This document shows positions 57,610 through 64,000 of a DNA stretch of 64,000 bases, in pieces (the stretch's first letter is position 1; the number at the start of each line of letters is the position of its first letter). The position numbers and the translations under genes are program-made. This DNA is from Eledone cirrhosa (taxonomy: Eukaryota), in assembly GCA_964016885.1 (NCBI GenBank), contig OZ024740.1:231942001-232006000 (forward strand), given 5' to 3'. The notes beneath the pieces are model-generated. The model was not told the DNA's origin and did not search any database. It saw nothing but the letters and a program-made list of their open reading frames with translations.

Positions 57610-58200
57610 CATATAGTTTAGGAGCCTATTTACATTGCTTTTTCTCGGCGTAAATATAATAAGATGGGATAAGATAAATTATTTATTTTGTAAAAACTTC
57701 GTTTTCATATATCAGAGATTACAACACAGTACGGCTGAACAATGCGAATAACCTCTATTCAGTTGTATAAATTTAGTCAACGGCAATGCTGTAACCATAG
57801 AAATCATGAATATTACCCACTAGAGGGTAAATGTTTGGCAAAATACTCATAAAAAAGCCAGTAATAACGAAAAACCAAACGAACATCGGGACAACAGAAC
57901 TAACATTCAAGAACAGATACTATAACCAAAATCTCTCATTATTACGCATGTGTACAAAAGTGTTAACAAAATTAATTTGGATTTTGCATGAGAGAAATAC
58001 ATACGAATGTTGAGTTATTTAATCTGTACTGGAAAACTCTCTCATCAATCGTATCAATAATGTGATACCATCTTTATTTGGGAAAATAAATGTTTAAAAA
58101 TTCCAGAATATGAAACTTTTAAATCTGAGATCAGATTTAATAATAATTTACATTTAATCAAATAGATATTTAATGAACAATTACAAAACTCATTCAATTA
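57610..58200 (+). mobile_element. Degraded PLE GIY-YIG fragment
   Basis: CNHRNHEYYPLEGKCL..IGTTELTFKNRYYNQ..LTKLIWIL, interrupted by frameshifts. Confidence 0.6.
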
Positions 58201-58712
58201 TCATCCTGTGGAAGGATTGATCCTTTCGAAGAAAAGAAAAAAACTAAACAAATGATTTCAAATGAATGTTTTGATAACAACGGAAAACTCGTGAGAAAAA
58301 GAATAGCCAAAATTAATTGCTTAGAATAACGTCTGTTCCATTGAATTGGTTTTTATAGTTTCTTGCTTACATACGACAAGAAGATATTTAAATAATTGTG
58401 CACACGCACGAGCGCACACGGAAAGCTAATGTAGAAACAATATAATTCCAATGTATTCATTTTTAAAGATTATCACCTGTATGCCGAAGCGTAAGCGTTT
58501 ATTTATTCTAGTATGCTACCATATCGAATGCAAGTGGATCTTTGGCCGGTTTCGGCTATGAGAGTTCAGCTCTTTAGTCAACGCTACAACCTAATAATTA
58601 AATTAACATGTAAGTGACTGAATATTCCAAACATGTGTGCCTTTAATACAATTTACAGGGAGATTCAGCGCGAAACAATTTCTGACAATACTAGACCTTT
58701 GAACGAAAGATA

Positions 58713-59975
<1,263 letters not shown>

Positions 59976-60095
59976 GATAGACATAGAATATTCGAAAATA
60001 TTCTGTATGTTTATAATAAACATTTTGAAGACCTAATCGCTATAGAATAGAATACGTCACGTATTACAATTAGATTCTCGATAAAAGCAAGGGAA

Positions 60096-60138
60096 GTAAC
60101 CTACGCGTTTCATTCTTATTAGAAATCTTCAGGATTAC
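60096..60138 (-). ncRNA. Minimal type I hammerhead ribozyme (array unit 1)
   Basis: Reverse complement: gtaatc-CTGAAGA-tttctaataagaat-GAAA-CGCG-TA-ggttac. Confidence 0.82.
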
Positions 60139-60405
60139 ATATCCAGTGCTTTTATCGAGAATGACACAGCTAGAGACTTATAGAATACTTAGCTGTGTAC
60201 AGGAACTGGTTTGAAAGAGCGGTTGCCGGTCCGGCAGAAATTAGAAATTGGAATAAATGCTCTGAAATAGCGATATATATGTGAAGATAGACATAGAATA
60301 TTCGAAAATATTCTGTATGTTTATAATAAACATTTTGAAGACCTAATCGCTATAGAATAGAATACGTCACGTATTACAATTAGATTCTCGATAAAAGCAA
60401 GGGAA

Positions 60406-60448
60406 GTAACCTACGCGTTTCATTCTTATTAGAAATCTTCAGGATTAC
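60406..60448 (-). ncRNA. Minimal type I hammerhead ribozyme (array unit 2)
   Basis: Identical to the unit 1 motif, 310 bp away. Confidence 0.82.
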
Positions 60449-60795
60449 ATATCCAGTGCTTTTATCGAGAATGACACAGCTAGAGACTTATAGAATACTT
60501 AGCTGTGTACAGGAACTGGTTTGAAAGAGCGGTTGCCGGTCCGGCAGAAATTAGAAATTGGAATAAATGCTCTGAAATAGCGATATATATGTGAAGATAG
60601 ACATAGAATATTCGAAAATATTCTGTATGTTTATAATAAACATTTTGAAGACCTAATCGCTATAGAATAGAATACGTCACGTATTACAATTAGATTCTCG
60701 ATAAAAGCAAGGGAATGTTTATTATAAACATACAGAATATTTTCGAATATTCTATGTCTATCTTCACATATATATCGCTATTTCAGAGCATTTAT

Positions 60796-60844
<49 letters not shown>

Positions 60845-61026
60845 ATATATGCAAAATTGATTCAGATAAATACAAAACCCCGGAACTGTTTTCTCTCTAA
60901 AAAATAACCAATACAAAAACATTCTCTTGTGATTTTATTAGTAACCAGCATGAAATATAAAACAAACATGCATACATAAGCACACATGACATCACAGATA
61001 TAGGTACACACACACGTCCACACATG

Positions 61027-61110
<84 letters not shown>

Positions 61111-62236
61111 CAATCATAGATACATACATGCACATCTAACACTGTTGTTGGGTGTGTGCGCCAACACCAACCAATGTGAACATTGTTGGGTTTGAGTTCC
61201 TGCTCTCTCCACTGTACTATCTCCCCCCTCTCTCTCTCTCTCTTGTTCCATTGACATGAATACATGCGCACGCATACACATACAAACGTAGGAACATATA
61301 AAACAATTACACACACACATAAGTACATATGTACATGTTCTTACGGAAATTCTATGATCGTGTTGTCATGCAGATGCATTGTCCAGACTATTGTCAATTA
61401 ATGTAAGCAATAAGCAATAAGCAATTTGTTTTTTAGCCTCCCTTGTTTAGGATCACTTATCATGATCTGAAATGATTCTGATTGTCTTGTTGCTGGACAG
61501 AACCATATCTCATAGGAAGACGTGTGTACCGATCGATGTATCGATGGTGCGATGGATCAATATAACGATAGGGAGCTAGGTTGTGGATATGTTGTTGTTA
61601 TAGAGAGATGGCATGATGGATTTGATGAGGTGTGTAGCTTTGAAGAGATAGAACAACCTTAGATCACGGATAAATGTGTATCTACGTATCTATGTATGTG
61701 TACGTGTATGTGTACGTATGTGTACGTGCATTATTGCATGTGTATGTCTCTGAATGTAAGTTTATTATGTTATGTATGTATATACGCATGGATACATGTA
61801 CGTGCGTGTGTACGCATGCATACACTAATGCTTATACTTATACATGTTTGTAGGTACGTATGTTATATATATATGTTTTCAGCTGTGATTAGCATTTTTC
61901 AAAATCAATCTTCTAATGCAGGTATAAAGCACTCAATAAGGGGAGATCGATGAATTGAATTTATAAGGATTGTTACGTCCAGTTTCTGCAGATTCACCAG
62001 AGGGAGCACTTAATAATAAAAATAGACGAGTTGTTATGTCTTCATTGCGTTTATTGAGTAGTGACGCGCATCTCGCTGTCAATCAGTTCAAGGTTCGGTC
62101 TATATCGATCTAGCACGACTCTGGAATCAAAAGCTCGTATTGTGGTAATTATTATTATTATTGTTATTACACACACACACACACAGACACACACATACAC
62201 ACACACACATACACACATATATATATATATACATAG

Positions 62237-62514
62237 TGGAGGCACGTGGCCGAGGTGTAAGAGTGTTGGACTTACGATCATAATGTCGTGGGTTCGATTC
62301 CTGGGTTGTGTGTTGTGTTCTTGAGCAAAACACTTCATTTCACGTTGCTCCAGTATACTCAGCTGAAAATGAGTATGAGCAATAGCTGGAGGTTTAACCC
62401 TGCGATGGACTGGCGTCCTGTCCAGGGGGAGTTTTGTATTCTCAGTCGCTTCATGCCATGAAGCCGGGATAAGCACCTGCCAAATGAGCCTTCTGGCTTA
62501 AGACAGACTTTAGA
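62237..62514 (+). mobile_element. tRNA-derived SINE (family C) with CORE-like and V-like domains
   Basis: A-box TGGCCGAGGTG, B-box GGTTCGATTCC, CORE-like GTTGTGTTCTTGAGCAAAACACTT, V-like CCTGCGATGGACTGGCGTCCTGTCCAGGG. Confidence 0.8.
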
Positions 62515-62590
62515 CGTTTTTATATATATACATAGGAGTAGAGGTGCAAGATAATTACGTCCATAGGCGGTATACCGGGTGAGCACTTGA

Positions 62591-62633
<43 letters not shown>

Positions 62634-62634
62634 G

Positions 62635-62687
62635 GAGCTTCTACAGGACTAGTACTGTTTCATTCAGATGAAATCTTCAGGAAGCTC
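62635..62687 (-). ncRNA. Type I hammerhead ribozyme (mirror copy at 62701-62747, +)
   Basis: Reverse complement: gagcttc-CTGAAGA-tttcatctgaat-GAAA-CAG tactagtc CTG-TA-gaagctc, with a perfect 7-bp stem I. Confidence 0.8.
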
Positions 62688-62831
62688 TGAAGATTTCATC
62701 CTGAAGATTTCATCTGAATGAAACAGTACTAGTCCTGTAGAAGATCCTTCTATAAAATAAAAAAATTTTACTCTGCCATGTATTGAGTACCTTACTTACT
62801 GTGGTTATCCCCGACTCAACCCGGGACCTAC

Positions 62832-62872
<41 letters not shown>

Positions 62873-62934
62873 TCAAGTGCTCACTCTGTATACCGACTAC
62901 TGACGCGGTCAGTCTTTTACCTTCCATTATATTT

Positions 62935-63285
62935 TGACGTATAGAGTTACGGCCCTTGCCATTCTGAGTTCAAATCCCGCCAAGGTTAACTTTGCCTTTC
63001 ATCCTTACGGGGTCGATAAAATAAAGTACCAGTAATGCACTGGGGAAATTGCTGGCCTTGTGCCTAACGTAGAAACAATTATATATATATATATAATTGT
63101 TTCTACTTTAGGCACAAGGCCAGCAATTACCCAGTGCATAACTGGTACTTTATTTTATCGACCCCGTAAGGATGAAAGGCAAAGTTAACCTCGGCGGGAT
63201 TTGAACTCAGAATGGCAAGGGCCGTAACTCTACGCGTCAAAGCATGGCGTCCGACCCTCTACCGATACTGCCAATCCATCGCCCA
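62935..63285. mobile_element. Tail-to-tail inverted pair of near-identical family A SINEs around a short (TA)n
   Basis: 62935-63080 (+) and 63095-63285 (-). Confidence 0.85.
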
Positions 63286-63501
63286 TTATATATATATATA
63301 TATAATGGAAGGTAAAAGACTGATCGCGTCGCCTGGCAATTTTGGCTTGTATTCGGCAAGAAATTTCAAATGTGTACTGGGGTATAAAGAATTTTTCTCG
63401 AATTTGTGCAGGAAGCGATTTGGCTGAATATGTGAAATTAGTTAACTTGCTAAAGCTTGTCAGTTCTATCAGTCACTAGTTGTAGGGTATGATCAGATAG
63501 A

Positions 63502-63781
63502 GTCTGAAGTCTGTCTTAAGCCAGAAGGCTCATTTGGCCGGTGCTTATCCCGGTTTCATGGCGTGAAGCGACTGAGAGTACAAGACTTACCCCTGGACAG
63601 GACGTCAGTCCATCGCAGGGTTAAACCCCCAGCTATTGCTGGTACTCATTTTCAGCTGAGTAAACTGGAGCAACGTGAAATGAAGTGTTTTGTTCAATAA
63701 CACAACAGGCAACCCAGGACTCGAACCCATGACATTATGAGCGTATGTCCAACACACTTACCACTAAGCCACGTGCCTCCA
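63502..63781 (-). mobile_element. Second family C SINE, inverted
   Basis: Diverged reverse complement of 62237-62514. Confidence 0.8.
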
Positions 63782-64000
63782 CATGATCATATATGTCACT
63801 GTGAAAAGCTGGCGAAGGAATATTGGACTGGGCTAAAGGAGAACAGGGGAGGTTGTAGAGAATGTTCGGTGTGTATACACAAGCCATACGTTAAGATGAG
63901 GAAAAAATGTGTCAGGTGAGAGGGTAGAAATGGGTAATCGTTAGAAAGGGAGGAAAAGGTAGATGAAGGAATAAAAATAAAATATGGAAGAGGTGGGGAA

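Larger units (their letters stand above)
59973..60800 (-). mobile_element. Retrozyme-like tandem array (310-bp unit x about 2.4, plus an inverted terminal segment) in (TA)n
   Basis: Units start at 59973, 60283 and 60593. Each full unit has a minimal hammerhead on the minus strand. 60714-60800 is an inverted copy of the unit junction. Confidence 0.85.

Noticed and set aside
58540-58585. Minus-strand CTAAAGA-GCT..AGCC-GAAA-CCGG-CC
   Set aside because: G5 and the cleavage triplet are both altered; at best a dead hammerhead relic.
59973-60713. CRISPR-like or plain satellite interpretation of the repeat
   Set aside because: Whole 310-bp units repeat with no unique spacers, there are no cas genes, and the context is eukaryotic. 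The embedded hammerhead favours a retrozyme.
62237-62310. tRNA gene
   Set aside because: A/B boxes are present, but they run into a SINE body with a second copy nearby, and there is no complete cloverleaf or terminator.

Overview
Eukaryotic, AT-rich, microsatellite-saturated genomic DNA. The SINE families and the (TA)n/(CA)n/(TAG)n load suggest an octopus or other cephalopod (inference). Only one credible host gene is present: a 6-kb single coding exon (19420-25422, +) for a 2000-aa type I membrane protein with LRRNT, LRRs, LRRCT, a very long S/T/N/K-rich stalk, FN3, TM and a cytoplasmic tail. The rest is mobile DNA: a full-length frameshifted Helitron (31142-37975, -) with 23-aa STPR-like repeats, a mini-Helitron, a deleted Tc1, mariner and hAT remnants, RTE/CR1/CRE LINE fragments, many tRNA-derived SINEs, and at least six Penelope-like element (PLE) pieces. 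The main signal is not visible in the ORF track. About 15 type I hammerhead ribozyme motifs, folded by eye, occur at PLE 3' ends, in a 310-bp tandem retrozyme-like array, and in short fold-back insertions. Several of these insertions sit in (TA)n and share an asymmetric long-tail/short-tail geometry. Nearly all short ORFs in the track are microsatellite or antisense artefacts.
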